A stretch of DNA of 64,000 bases, taken from an uncultured Clostridia bacterium. Its GTDB lineage: Bacteria > Bacillota > Clostridia > RUG12999. Below, piece after piece: positions 8,477-18,934 of the stretch (position 1 is its first letter; every line of letters begins with the position of its first letter). The stretch covers positions 37,144 through 101,143 of the forward strand of contig CAKVOK010000001.1 of assembly GCA_934792465.1 (NCBI GenBank). The letters are read 5' to 3'. The notes under the pieces are model-generated. The model saw only the letters and a program-made list of their open reading frames with translations. It ran no database searches and was not told where the DNA came from. A program made the position numbers and the translations under genes.

Positions 8477-10189
8477 ATGATGAAAAAATTATTATTGAAT
8501 ATCTTAACAATTGCAATACTTTGTTCTTCGGCTACTTTTGCACTTGCCGCAGAAACGGAGAACATAATAACGGTGGGTATAAATGCGGAGTATATGCCGT
8601 TTGAATACTATGAAAACGGCGAATTGAAAGGCTTTGACATCGAACTGATGAACCTAATCGGCAAAAAAATCGGCAAAAAAATTGAATTTGAGGATATGGC
8701 GTTTGATGCGCTCTTTCATGCTGTTTTAAGCGGAAAAGTTGACTGCGCAATTTCTGCAATTACAGTTACGGAAGAAAGAGATAGCATGATTGATTATTCG
8801 AGAGAATATTTAAAAACCAATTCCGTAACATTTGAAAACGGTCAAATAAACCGCAAATCCGGCGAAGATTATGCGATAATCTTTCGTAGCGGAGTTTCAC
8901 AAGCAAAAGATAAGTCAAGTGAATTGACGGACTATGAAACGCTTTATATAAGTATTGATAATGCATTAAAAGAGTTATCGCAAGACGGAACGGTCGGAAA
9001 GCTTATAGAAAAGTATGAACTGAACAAACCTTTGGACGAAACAAAAGAAAATATCGAATACGAGGCTGTGTGCGGGTGTGCCGCTCCTGCCGCAGAAACA
9101 TCGGCAACATCTGTTCCGTCAAGCAGATGGGCGGCAGACAGCATAGAAATCGCAAAAGAAATAAATGTAATTAAAAGCGGGGGAAATTATAATTTCCCAG
9201 GAGCAATCACCCGTGAGGAATTTTGTGAGTTCATATTTAATTATATTGAAAATATTGCCGAAATATCTGTGGAGGAAAATAATAAAATGCCTTTTGAAGA
9301 TACGACAAATTCGCATATAAGCGTCTTAAATTCAATGGGCATTATCAACGGAAAATCCGAAACGGAGTTTGCACCGAATGACTTTTTGACCCGTGAGGAA
9401 GCGGCAACAATCCTTTGTCGGTTAATACAAAAAATATATCCGGATTCAGCCGCAACAGAACGCTACTTTGCATTTGATGACAGCGAACAAATTTCCGATT
9501 GGGCGATGAGCGGTATTCAAACAATCTGTAATATGGGAATTATGGAAGGCACGGACGACAACAATTTTGCACCGCAGGATTTATATACCACGGAACAGGC
9601 TGTCGCAACACTGGTGAGAGTATATAAAAATGCAGGAAATATCGTTGGTAAACAATTTATGATTGATTCACTGACGTGGGGCGAAAAGTGGGAAAATATG
9701 AAGGAAAGAGAAATTTTTTCACAGGCAAGCGTTGCTGCGGACGACGAAAACAGATTTGCCGTTAAATTGGCAAATGCCGAGTTTTTGGGAGTTAAAGGAG
9801 ATATGGTTTTGCAGTTTTCCGTGTCCGAAAACTCGTTTCCGTTCAGCGGATTTGTAACGGCTTATTTTACGTATAATGAAGAGGACGAGAAAGAGTTGCT
9901 GTCTAACGGAGAAAAAATATACGGCGAAAGAAAAAATTATTTTCTTGATAAAAACGGGTTGGAAAATCCCTTGAATCCTGCTGCTTGGTACAGTGCGGAA
10001 AATATGGATAACAGCCTGTCCGCAGGTGAGAGAGAACGTTTTGCGACAATATTAAAGGATGTTGAAGCAACACGAGCCGATGCGATAATGCGGGGACCGC
10101 TTGTTGTTATATCGGTAAGCGAAACTGACAATGTTGTTACTATAGACGGAGATAATGCAGCAAGCATCTTCAACCTAAGGTATAATTGA
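8477..10189 (+). CDS. Secreted fusion protein: family-3 solute-binding (polar amino acid SBP) domain, then three SLH cell-wall-binding repeats, then an uncharacterised C-terminal domain.
   Basis: Signal peptide MMKKLLLNILTIAILCSSATFALAAE. SBP_bac_3-like region (…GFDIELMNLIGKKIGKKIEFEDMAFDALF…). Three SLH-like repeats (…GIINGKSETEFAPNDFLTREEAATIL…, …MGIMEGTDDNNFAPQDLYTTEQAVATLV…). Confidence 0.7.
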   Translation: MMKKLLLNILTIAILCSSATFALAAETENIITVGINAEYMPFEYYENGELKGFDIELMNLIGKKIGKKIEFEDMAFDALFHAVLSGKVDCAISAITVTEERDSMIDYSREYLKTNSVTFENGQINRKSGEDYAIIFRSGVSQAKDKSSELTDYETLYISIDNALKELSQDGTVGKLIEKYELNKPLDETKENIEYEAVCGCAAPAAETSATSVPSSRWAADSIEIAKEINVIKSGGNYNFPGAITREEFCEFIFNYIENIAEISVEENNKMPFEDTTNSHISVLNSMGIINGKSETEFAPNDFLTREEAATILCRLIQKIYPDSAATERYFAFDDSEQISDWAMSGIQTICNMGIMEGTDDNNFAPQDLYTTEQAVATLVRVYKNAGNIVGKQFMIDSLTWGEKWENMKEREIFSQASVAADDENRFAVKLANAEFLGVKGDMVLQFSVSENSFPFSGFVTAYFTYNEEDEKELLSNGEKIYGERKNYFLDKNGLENPLNPAAWYSAENMDNSLSAGERERFATILKDVEATRADAIMRGPLVVISVSETDNVVTIDGDNAASIFNLRYN

Positions 10190-10246
10190 TATGATGGGCT
10201 TTATAAAAATGTACAGGCCGCATAAAGCACTATTTTTCTAAAGCCC

Positions 10247-10296
10247 CAAAAGAGGGTGTTGAAAAACAATTTCGTTTTGCAACACCCTCTTTTTAT
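10247..10296. terminator. Bidirectional rho-independent terminator between the convergent SBP-SLH gene and metY.
   Basis: AGAGGGTGTTG…CAACACCCTCT stem flanked by an A-run and a T-run. Confidence 0.6.
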
Positions 10297-10309
10297 GAAT
10301 AATTATTAT

Positions 10310-11602
10310 TTATTTTACCGCTGCAAAAGCATCGTCGAGTGCTTCGATAAGGTCGTCGATATTTTCGATACCTATCGAAAGTCTTATCGTGTTCGGCTTA
10401 ATATCCTGTTCAAGCAGCTCTGCTTCCGTCAGCTGCGAATGAGTTGTCGAAGCCGGGTGTATTACGAGAGATTTTACGTCAGCAACATTTGCCAGCAGCG
10501 AGAAAATTCTCAGATTATCAATGAATTTCTGCGCTGTCTTGTCGTCACCCTTGATTTCAAACGTGAAAATCGAACCTCCGCCGTTCGGGAAATACTTCTT
10601 ATAGAGATTGTGACTCGGCTCGGTTTCGAGCGACGGGTGATGAACAGCTTCAACCTGCGGATGATTATTTAAATAATCAACGATTTTCAGTGCGTTTGAT
10701 ACGTGTCTTTCAACTCTTAAAGAGAGCGTTTCAAGACCCTGCAGGAACATAAAAGCATGGAACGGCGAAAGTGTCGAACCGGTATCTCTCAAGAGTATTG
10801 CTCTTATATATGTCGCAAATGCTGCCGGGCCTGCCGCATCGGCAAAGCTTATGCCGTGATATGACGGATTTGGTTCGGAAATCCAAGGATATTTTCCCGA
10901 AGCTTTCCAGTCGAATGTGCCTCCGTCTACTATAACACCGCCTATTGCCGCTCCGTGACCGCCTATGAATTTCGTTGCGCTGTGAACCACAATATCCGCA
11001 CCGTATTCAATAGGTCTTACGAGATACGGAGTTGCAAATGTAGAGTCAACAACAAGCGGTATGCCGTGTTTGTGAGCGATTTTCGCAAGTTCTTCAATGT
11101 CTATGATGTTTGAATTGGGGTTTCCGAGCGTTTCTATGTAAAGTGCTTTTGTTTCAGGTTTTATCGCTTTTTCGAATGCTCCCTCTTCTTCGGGGTCTAC
11201 AAATGTTGCCGTAACTCCCGATGTGAGCGGAAGTGTGTGCGCAAGCAGATTGTATGTGCCGCCGTATATGGTTTTTGAAGCTACGATATGCTCGCCGGAT
11301 TTTGCAAGTGCGCTTATAACATAGTTTATTGCCGCCGCACCCGATGAGGTTGCGAGTGCTGCCGCACCGCCTTCAAGTGCGTTGATTCTTTCTTCAAATA
11401 CACCCTGCGTAGGGTTCGTCAATCTGCCGTATATATTACCGGCGTCGCGAAGTCCGAAACGGTCGGCTGCATGCTGCGAGTTGTGGAACACAAAAGAGGT
11501 CGATGCATATATCGGAACTGCTCTTGCGTCTGTTGCCGGGTCGGGATTTTCCTGACCTGCCTGTACCTGTAAAGTTTCAAATCTGTATTTTTTGTCTGCC
11601 AT
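10310..11602 (-). CDS. metY: O-acetylhomoserine aminocarboxypropyltransferase / sulfhydrylase
   Basis: 430 aa with a Cys/Met-metabolism PLP enzyme N-terminus (…RFETLQVQAGQ…AVPIYASTSFVF…). Confidence 0.9.
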   Translation of the reverse strand: MADKKYRFETLQVQAGQENPDPATDARAVPIYASTSFVFHNSQHAADRFGLRDAGNIYGRLTNPTQGVFEERINALEGGAAALATSSGAAAINYVISALAKSGEHIVASKTIYGGTYNLLAHTLPLTSGVTATFVDPEEEGAFEKAIKPETKALYIETLGNPNSNIIDIEELAKIAHKHGIPLVVDSTFATPYLVRPIEYGADIVVHSATKFIGGHGAAIGGVIVDGGTFDWKASGKYPWISEPNPSYHGISFADAAGPAAFATYIRAILLRDTGSTLSPFHAFMFLQGLETLSLRVERHVSNALKIVDYLNNHPQVEAVHHPSLETEPSHNLYKKYFPNGGGSIFTFEIKGDDKTAQKFIDNLRIFSLLANVADVKSLVIHPASTTHSQLTEAELLEQDIKPNTIRLSIGIENIDDLIEALDDAFAAVK

Positions 11603-11721
11603 TTTAATTATCTCCTATCTTTATTTATTTTTTCAACCTACCTGTTTTGTATGTTAATATTGTACCACAAAAATTCGGTTTTGTCCAATACATATTTATT
11701 ATGAAAAGTTATAAATTTTTT

Positions 11722-12642
11722 CTATAACTTTTCGAGGTACTTCGTTACCTCGTTAATATATACTTTGCCTATCGGACTGATAGGAATACGTTTTTTCAAT
11801 ATATATCCGATTTGCATTGCCGAATTGGGATTGTTTTCGTCCGATTCAAACGGCACTGCGATATAATCGCTGCCGTTTAATTCTTCACATATAATGCCGG
11901 AACAAAGCGTATATCCGTTAAGACCCACCATGAGGTTGAGCATTGTGGAGCGGTCTGTTGCCTTTATCATCTGCGGATATTCGTTTGTACTCAGTATTTC
12001 CTCGGCAAAGTAAAACGAACCTTTTTCGCCTTGTTCAAACGAAAGACAGGGATACTTTTCAAGCTCGGAAAAGCTTATGGATTTATTTTTTGCAAGCGGA
12101 TGATTTTTCCATATATATACATAAGCACGGCAATCTATGAGCCTGTGAAATTCAAGCTCGTTGTCACGCAGATATTTGTTTATGACTTTTCTGTTAAAAT
12201 CGTTCATGTATAATATGCCGATTTCACTTTTGAAAGAGCCGACATCGTTTATTACATCGATTGTTTTTCCCTCACGCATTGCAAATTCATATTTTTGAAT
12301 GTCGAATTGTTTGACGGTTTCGACAAACGCTTTGACAGCAAAGGAATAATGCTGGGAGGATACTCCGAATTTGCGCTTTATATTTGCGGGGTCGCTGTAT
12401 TTTTTGTTCAGAAGCTCATATTGTTGGTAAAGCTGACGTGCGTATATCAGAAATTCCTCGCCCTCCGCCGTGGGAACTGCGCCCTTTCCGGTTCTGCGGA
12501 ATATGTTTATGCCCGTCTGCGCTTCAAGCTCTTTTATGGCACTTGTGAGCGTCGGCTGAGATATATACAGTGCTTCCGCAGCTTTGTTCATCGAACCCAA
12601 ATCGGATATTGTAATTGCATATAATATCTGCTGTAATGTCAT
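11722..12642 (-). CDS. LysR-family transcriptional regulator
   Basis: N-terminal LysR HTH (LQQILYAITISDLGSMNKAAEALYISQPTLTSAIKELE) and a substrate-binding domain. It lies directly upstream of metY on the same strand. Confidence 0.85.
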   Translation of the reverse strand: MTLQQILYAITISDLGSMNKAAEALYISQPTLTSAIKELEAQTGINIFRRTGKGAVPTAEGEEFLIYARQLYQQYELLNKKYSDPANIKRKFGVSSQHYSFAVKAFVETVKQFDIQKYEFAMREGKTIDVINDVGSFKSEIGILYMNDFNRKVINKYLRDNELEFHRLIDCRAYVYIWKNHPLAKNKSISFSELEKYPCLSFEQGEKGSFYFAEEILSTNEYPQMIKATDRSTMLNLMVGLNGYTLCSGIICEELNGSDYIAVPFESDENNPNSAMQIGYILKKRIPISPIGKVYINEVTKYLEKL

Positions 12643-12690
12643 AAGGAGCTCCGTTCCGCCGATTATGCACCGGCAAATTTTAATGTTTTT

Positions 12691-13581
12691 TTAAGCGCCC
12701 TCGGATATTCCGAGCATTACGATACCGACTACCGTTACGGCGATTGCTATGTAATGCTTAAACGAAAGCTTTTCTTTGAGGAATATTCTGCTCCAGAGTA
12801 CCGAAGCGGCGCAGTATGCGCTGATAACCGGTGCGGCGCTGACTGCGTTTGCAGATATTGCATAAACATATGCGAACTGACCGGCAGTTTCGCAAACAGC
12901 ACCTACAAGCTTAGGAGTTTCACGCTTGAAAGTAAGCTTTTCTTTCTTTATTACGAGTACATATATTGCCGAAATTATTCCGGAAAGCAGGAATGTAAGC
13001 TCGTATGCGACGTTTGCTGTGTCCTCATTGAGGGTTTCGAGTATAACGGCGTCGGCAAATGTGCCGAATGCGTCCAATATACAATAGAGTACAGGCAACA
13101 TTATCGCAAGAATGCTTTTGGTATATTTAATGTTCGTGCTGCGCATAAGGCGTGCTTCGTCGCTTTCTGTGTATTCCGTAATTCCGAGTGCAACAACGCC
13201 GATGCATATTACGGCGATTGCAACAGCAGACAGTTTTTCAACACGCTGGTTGAGAAAGAAGAAACACAGCAGCGACGCTATCGCTCCGGAAGAATTGCAT
13301 ATCGGAGAAGATACCGAAAGCTCTATGTATCTCAATCCTACATAACCGAGTATCATTGAAGATATGTACAAAAGCGACGCCGGCAAATATGTTATAATAT
13401 CATTCAAAGTAACCTTTGTGCCTGTGGATATCTCGATGATAGCATGAATACCCATTACAAGACCTACAGCCATAACCATTTTGTGATGGCTGTATTTGTC
13501 GTCGGGTTTTGACCCTATTTTGCTGAATAAGTCCGAACCGCTCCAAAAAAGCAGTGCTGTGAGTGCAAGTATAAACCACAT
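12691..13581 (-). CDS. DMT-superfamily (EamA-like) membrane transporter
   Basis: About 10 TM segments, two-repeat EamA-like organisation. Confidence 0.55.
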   Translation of the reverse strand: MWFILALTALLFWSGSDLFSKIGSKPDDKYSHHKMVMAVGLVMGIHAIIEISTGTKVTLNDIITYLPASLLYISSMILGYVGLRYIELSVSSPICNSSGAIASLLCFFFLNQRVEKLSAVAIAVICIGVVALGITEYTESDEARLMRSTNIKYTKSILAIMLPVLYCILDAFGTFADAVILETLNEDTANVAYELTFLLSGIISAIYVLVIKKEKLTFKRETPKLVGAVCETAGQFAYVYAISANAVSAAPVISAYCAASVLWSRIFLKEKLSFKHYIAIAVTVVGIVMLGISEGA

Positions 13582-13602
13582 AATTTTCTCTCCTTGTTGT
13601 TT

Positions 13603-14886
13603 TTAATCTAATTTTGCCAGTCCGGCATCATACAGCTTTTGCAACGATGACAGTATGCCGAGCTTTGCATGATACCATGTAAGACCACCCTGAAAATACA
13701 CCGCATACGGCGGACGTATCGGACCATCGGCACTGAGTTCTATGGACGAACCCTGCACAAATGCTCCTGCCGCCATTATGACGTCGCTGTCATATCCCGG
13801 CATGGGCCACGGTTCGGGTGTAACGTAGCTGTCCACCGGTGCTGCTGCCTGGATTCCCTTGCAGAATTCTATGACGCATTCCGGCTTGCCGAATTCAATA
13901 GCTTGTATAATATCGTGCCGTGATTCCGTTGAGTTCGGAACTACCTTAAATCCCAGTCTTTCGTATATATTGGCAGCGAAAATTGCTCCCTTGAGAGCGG
14001 AAGCCACTACCGTGGGCGACATGAAAAAGCCCTGATACAGCGACTGCATAAGACCGAGATTTGCACCGACTTCTCTGCCCAGACCGGGGGCGGAAAGCCG
14101 GTATGCGCAGCGTTCAATGTATTCTTCTTTTCCGCATATATATCCGCCTATGGGCGCAAGTCCTCCGCCGGGATTTTTTATAAGGGAACCCACTACCATA
14201 TCAGCACCGACGTCGGACGGCTCTATGGTTTCCGTAAATTCGCCGTAGCAATTGTCAACCATGCATATAACATCCGGTTTTATGCCTTTGACGAATTTAA
14301 TAAGTTCGCCTATTTTTTGCACGGAAAATGTTTCTCTTGTCTGATACCCCTTGGAACGCTGTATCGCAACAAGCTTTGTTTTTTCGTTTATCGCTTTTTT
14401 TATATTGCCATAGTCGAATTTATCTCCGGGCAGCAAATCCACTTGGCGGTACGAAACGCCGTATTCCTTTAAAGAACCTGCGGAATTGCGTATGCCGATT
14501 ACTTCTTCGAGAGTATCGTAAGGGCCGCCGGCAGGGGAGAGCATCTCATCTCCCGGAAGCAGATTCGCCCCGAGTGCCAGCGCCAATGCATGAGTTCCGC
14601 ACGTTATCTGCGGACGTACAAGCGCAGCTTCTGTATGGAACGTATCGGCATATACACATTCGAGAGTATCACGGCCTATGTCGTTGTAGCCGTATCCGGT
14701 TGTCATTGCGAAGTGGGCCGGATTTACTCTGTTTTTGTGCATTGCGTGTATTACTTTCATCTGGTTAAAATCTGCGGTTTCGTCAATTTTTTCGAAACGC
14801 AGCTTTAGTTCTTCTATGATTTTTGCTCCGAAATCGTATACTTTTTCGCAGATTCCGAGCTGTTTATATATATCTTTTGTGTTCAT
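13603..14886 (-). CDS. Methionine gamma-lyase family / 'aluminium resistance' PLP-dependent protein (YnbB-like)
   Basis: 427 aa, characteristic length and motifs of the Met_gamma_lyase (PF06838) family. Confidence 0.75.
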   Translation of the reverse strand: MNTKDIYKQLGICEKVYDFGAKIIEELKLRFEKIDETADFNQMKVIHAMHKNRVNPAHFAMTTGYGYNDIGRDTLECVYADTFHTEAALVRPQITCGTHALALALGANLLPGDEMLSPAGGPYDTLEEVIGIRNSAGSLKEYGVSYRQVDLLPGDKFDYGNIKKAINEKTKLVAIQRSKGYQTRETFSVQKIGELIKFVKGIKPDVICMVDNCYGEFTETIEPSDVGADMVVGSLIKNPGGGLAPIGGYICGKEEYIERCAYRLSAPGLGREVGANLGLMQSLYQGFFMSPTVVASALKGAIFAANIYERLGFKVVPNSTESRHDIIQAIEFGKPECVIEFCKGIQAAAPVDSYVTPEPWPMPGYDSDVIMAAGAFVQGSSIELSADGPIRPPYAVYFQGGLTWYHAKLGILSSLQKLYDAGLAKLD

Positions 14887-14982
14887 GTTTTTCCTCCGAG
14901 GATTTTACTTGAGGTGTTAATGCCTAAAAAACACCGAAAGGACGGCAATCATGAAATATAATTACCGACCTTTTCAATAAAA

Positions 14983-17595
14983 TCAGTTAAATTTTATTAA
15001 GTTTTCTTCAACCTTAGCAAGCATGGATTTGTAGTTTTCAAGCTTTGCTTTTTCCTGCTCAACAACGTTGGCGGGAGCTTTGCTTACAAAACCGGCATTG
15101 TTAAGCTTGCCTTCGCCTCTTTTTATCTCCGAAAGAAGTCTGGTTTTTTCTTTTTCAAGTCTTTCTTTTTCCTCTTTCATATCAACAAGCTCGTCCATAG
15201 GTATCGCAATCTCCGCACCGTCGCTTATAACGGTAAGCGCTCCGTTTTCCGGCAAAGTATCGGTTATTATAACTTCCGAAGCGGAAGCCAGCTTTTCAAA
15301 GAATATTTTTCCGTTTTCAAATACGTCCGCCTGCTCTGCCTTGATGTAGAGTTTCGCTTTCTTGGACGGCGGTACGTTCTTTTCCGCACGTGCGTTTCGT
15401 ATTGCCTTTATTGCGCTCATTATGATTTCTGTTTCTGCGGCTTCTTTCGCATAGTTGAACTTGCCGCCCTCGGGGTATTTCGCAAGCATTATCGTTTCGC
15501 CGTCATGCGGCAGGCTCTGCCAGATTTCTTCCGTGATGAAAGGCATAAACGGATGAAGCAGTTCAAGCACTCTCGAAAGCACGTATGCAAGAACTCTGCC
15601 CGCAGTTTCCTTTTCATCGCCGAAAAGACGGGGCTTGCATAATTCGATGTACCAGTCGCAGTATTTGTCCCAAATAAAATCATATAATTTTGATACGGCT
15701 ATTCCGAGTTCGAATTTATCAAGGTTTTCACGAACTTCTTTTGCCAACTCGCTCAAATTGGTGAGAATCCACTTGTCGGCAGCGGAAAGTTTGCTTTCTT
15801 CCGGCAGAGCCGTGTCCTCGCGTTCTATGTTCATGAGTACGAATCTTGCGGCATTCCAGAGTTTGTTTGCGAAGTTTCGGCTTGCCTTTACACGTTCGTC
15901 GTAATAACGCATATCGTTGCCGGGTGAGTTCCCGGTTGCGAGAGTGAATCTCAATGCGTCCGCACCGTATTCTTTTACGACTTCGAGAGGGTCTATTCCG
16001 TTGCCGAGAGATTTAGACATTTTTCTGCCCTGCGAATCTCTGACAAGACCGTGTATGAATACGTATTTGAAAGGCTCTTTGCACATATGCTCCATACCGG
16101 AGAATATCATACGTGCAACCCAGAAGAATATTATATCATATCCCGTAACAAGAACGCTTGTCGGATAGAAATATTCGAGGTCACGAGTTTTTTCGGGCCA
16201 GCCGAGCGTTGAGAACGGCCAAAGAGCACTGCTGAACCACGTATCGAGAACGTCTTCTTCCTGATGAACCTTGCCGCCGCATTTCGGGCATTTCGTTATA
16301 TCTTCTTTGGAAACCGTCATTTCGCCGCATTCATCGCAGTAGAACGCCGGTATTCTGTGACCCCACCAAAGCTGACGTGAAATACACCAGTCGAGAACGT
16401 TTTCCATCCAGTTGAGATAAGTTTTTGAAAATCTGTCCGGAATAAATTTGACGTCGCCGTCTTTTACAACACGTATAGCTTCTTTTGCTAGAGGTTTCAT
16501 CTTAACAAACCACTGGTCGGATGTCATAGGCTCAACGGTTGTGCCGCATCTGTAGCACGTGCCCACGTTGTGCTTGTAATCTTCAACTTTGAGCAGATAA
16601 CCCTGTTCTTTTAAATCATCAACAACGGCTTTTCTTGCTTCGTATCTGTCCATTCCGCAGTATTTGCCGCCGTTTTTATTGATTGTTGCGTCGTCGTTCA
16701 TAATCTTAATCTGTTCGAGATTGTGACGCATGCCGACTTCAAAGTCGTTCGGGTCATGCGCCGGAGTTATTTTAACAACGCCCGTTCCGAATTCCGGCTC
16801 AACGTATTCGTCGGCGATAACAGGGATTTTTCTGTTCATCAGCGGAAGAATTACGTTTTTGCCTACGAGATTTTTGTATCGCTCATCATCTGGGTGAACG
16901 GCAAGCGCAGTATCGCCCATGAGAGTTTCCGGACGTGTTGTCGCAATCACAACATAATCGTCGCTGTTTTCAATCGGGTATTTGATGTGCCAGAAAGCAC
17001 CGTCCTGTTCTTTGTATTCAACCTCGGCATCGGAAAGTGCCGTAGTACATTTCGGACACCAGTTTATGATTCTGTGACCTTTGTATATAAGTCCCTTGTT
17101 GTAGAGATTTACGAACACTTCTCGAACAGCCTTTGAGCAGCCTTCGTCCATTGTGAAACGCTGACGTGACCAGTCGCAGCTGCATCCGAGTTTTTTAATC
17201 TGAGTGATGATTCTGTTTCCGTAAGTGTTTTTCCAGTCCCATACACGTTCGAGAAATTTATCTCTGCCCAAATCGTAACGTGTGAGACCCTCGTTCACTC
17301 TCAGGCTTTCTTCAACCTTAATCTGTGTTGCAATTCCGGCATGATCTGTTCCCGGAATCCAGAGTGCGGCATATCCGCACATTCTCTTGTAACGTATTAA
17401 AATATCCTGGAGAGTTTCGTCGAGTGCATGCCCCATATGCAGCTGACCCGTAACGTTCGGAGGAGGAATTACTATAGTAAACGGTTCTTTGTTTTCGTCG
17501 GGTTCGCATTTGAAATATCCGTTTTCCTCCCACTGCTTGTAGAGCTTTTCTTCAAAATCCCCCGGATTGTATACCTTGTTCAGTTCCTTTTTCAT
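14983..17595 (-). CDS. valS: Valine--tRNA ligase
   Basis: 870 aa with HMGH (…[12 protein letters not shown]…) and KMSKS (…[13 protein letters not shown]…) class-I motifs and a C-terminal coiled-coil. Confidence 0.95.
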   Translation of the reverse strand: MKKELNKVYNPGDFEEKLYKQWEENGYFKCEPDENKEPFTIVIPPPNVTGQLHMGHALDETLQDILIRYKRMCGYAALWIPGTDHAGIATQIKVEESLRVNEGLTRYDLGRDKFLERVWDWKNTYGNRIITQIKKLGCSCDWSRQRFTMDEGCSKAVREVFVNLYNKGLIYKGHRIINWCPKCTTALSDAEVEYKEQDGAFWHIKYPIENSDDYVVIATTRPETLMGDTALAVHPDDERYKNLVGKNVILPLMNRKIPVIADEYVEPEFGTGVVKITPAHDPNDFEVGMRHNLEQIKIMNDDATINKNGGKYCGMDRYEARKAVVDDLKEQGYLLKVEDYKHNVGTCYRCGTTVEPMTSDQWFVKMKPLAKEAIRVVKDGDVKFIPDRFSKTYLNWMENVLDWCISRQLWWGHRIPAFYCDECGEMTVSKEDITKCPKCGGKVHQEEDVLDTWFSSALWPFSTLGWPEKTRDLEYFYPTSVLVTGYDIIFFWVARMIFSGMEHMCKEPFKYVFIHGLVRDSQGRKMSKSLGNGIDPLEVVKEYGADALRFTLATGNSPGNDMRYYDERVKASRNFANKLWNAARFVLMNIEREDTALPEESKLSAADKWILTNLSELAKEVRENLDKFELGIAVSKLYDFIWDKYCDWYIELCKPRLFGDEKETAGRVLAYVLSRVLELLHPFMPFITEEIWQSLPHDGETIMLAKYPEGGKFNYAKEAAETEIIMSAIKAIRNARAEKNVPPSKKAKLYIKAEQADVFENGKIFFEKLASASEVIITDTLPENGALTVISDGAEIAIPMDELVDMKEEKERLEKEKTRLLSEIKRGEGKLNNAGFVSKAPANVVEQEKAKLENYKSMLAKVEENLIKFN

Positions 17596-17614
17596 CTGTT
17601 TCTGTCCTTTCAGT

Positions 17615-17800
17615 CTATATCAATCTGCCTGTTTTATATAAAATGACCATAGCCGCAGCGGCTAATATAACGCCGATACCGCGTATAAGCATAGATTGGT
17701 TCGGAGTAATATCGGTTTTGCCTATAAGCTTTGCGACTCGTTCTCCGAAGTATATGACAGCAACTCCCATAAAAGCGGCAATCCATAACACATATGTCAT
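17615..17800 (-). CDS. Small (61-aa) two-TM membrane protein, hypothetical
   Basis: ATG at 17800 ([10 protein letters not shown]…) with AAGAGGTG RBS. It ends 19 bp before valS. Confidence 0.35.
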   Translation of the reverse strand: MTYVLWIAAFMGVAVIYFGERVAKLIGKTDITPNQSMLIRGIGVILAAAAMVILYKTGRLI

Positions 17801-17957
17801 TCTAAGCACCTCTTTTCAGCATATAAATATTCATTATATATATTATACTATAAATAAGCGGCGTTGTCAATACAAAAAGAAAATACTTCCTGTGTATCGG
17901 GAATTTATTAGGTGTTTTTTCGCAATAAACCGAGAATTTTTTTGTGTAAAATTACAC

Positions 17958-17986
17958 TTGACATATCTGTGCGGCAGTGATATACT
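17958..17986 (+). promoter_or_regulatory. Sigma-A type promoter (TTGACA-17-TATACT) for the EamA transporter gene.
   Basis: Consensus -35 and -10 hexamers with 17-nt spacing, read directly from the sequence. Confidence 0.5.
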
Positions 17987-18026
17987 AAAGATAAGCTTAT
18001 TAATCGGGAAAAATCAAGGTGGAATT

Positions 18027-18920
18027 ATGGCAAATACTAAACTCAAGGGAAACTTAATATTGCTTATTACGGCGGTGGTCTGGGGCATATCGTTTGTGTC
18101 GCAGCGTTCGGGAATGTCTTACATAAAGCCGTTTACATTCAACGGGATAAGAACTATGCTCGGTGCATTGGTGCTTATTCCGGTGCTTATTATTACGGAT
18201 AGGAAAAAGCCTCTCGGCGAGCCTAAAACAAGGAATAAGAAAACGCTTTTAAAAGCAGGCGTTTTGTGCGGAGTGCTTCTCGGAGCGGCGGGCACGGTTC
18301 AGACATGCGGAATGGTCTATACAAGTGCCGGCAAGGCAGGGTTTATAACAGCACTTTATCTTATTATAGTGCCGATTTTCGGTATATTTTTGAAGAAGAA
18401 AATACGTCCGCTTGTATGGGGCTGCGTAACACTTGCAACAGTGGGAATGTATTTCCTGTGCGTGAACGGCACGCTGAATATAAATAAAGGTGATTTGATA
18501 GTTTTGTGCTGCTCATTCATATTCGCACTGCATATCCTTACGGTAGATAAATATGCCGGTGAGGTTGAGGGCGTAAAGCTTGCATTTTTGCAGTTTTTCG
18601 TTGCGGGACTTTTGAATATTATACTTATGTTTATATTTGACAATCCGGATTTCGGCGCTGTTTGGCAGTGCCGTACAGAAATTTTGTATTCCGGTATAAT
18701 GTCGTGCGGTGTCGCATATACATTACAGATTATAGGGCAGAAATATACAGACCCGACGTCTGCATCGCTTATTATGAGTATGGAATCGGTGTTTTCCGTC
18801 CTCGCAGGTTGGGCGCTGCTGCATGAAAATCTGAAACCGAACGAGATTTTCGGCTGCATTCTTGTATTTGCGGCGATTATGCTTGTTCAGTTGCCGGAAA
18901 AGACAGTAAAGGTTAAGTAA
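18027..18920 (+). CDS. DMT family transporter (EamA)
   Basis: MANTKLKGNLILLITAVVWGISFV… with two EamA repeats, 298 aa. AAGGTGG RBS. The longer track ORF from 17643 is an unlikely upstream extension through the promoter. Confidence 0.8.
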   Translation: MANTKLKGNLILLITAVVWGISFVSQRSGMSYIKPFTFNGIRTMLGALVLIPVLIITDRKKPLGEPKTRNKKTLLKAGVLCGVLLGAAGTVQTCGMVYTSAGKAGFITALYLIIVPIFGIFLKKKIRPLVWGCVTLATVGMYFLCVNGTLNINKGDLIVLCCSFIFALHILTVDKYAGEVEGVKLAFLQFFVAGLLNIILMFIFDNPDFGAVWQCRTEILYSGIMSCGVAYTLQIIGQKYTDPTSASLIMSMESVFSVLAGWALLHENLKPNEIFGCILVFAAIMLVQLPEKTVKVK

Positions 18921-18934
18921 AAGGGGAAATATAT

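Noticed and set aside
11603-11721. SAM (S-box) riboswitch upstream of metY
   Set aside because: The 119-bp AT-rich gap cannot hold the four-helix S-box and no conserved S-box blocks are present.
17596-17990. Looked for a T-box leader upstream of valS
   Set aside because: Only 19 bp separate valS from the upstream small membrane ORF. The 150 nt beyond that ORF is AT-rich without a specifier or T-box structure, so it is too short and unstructured.
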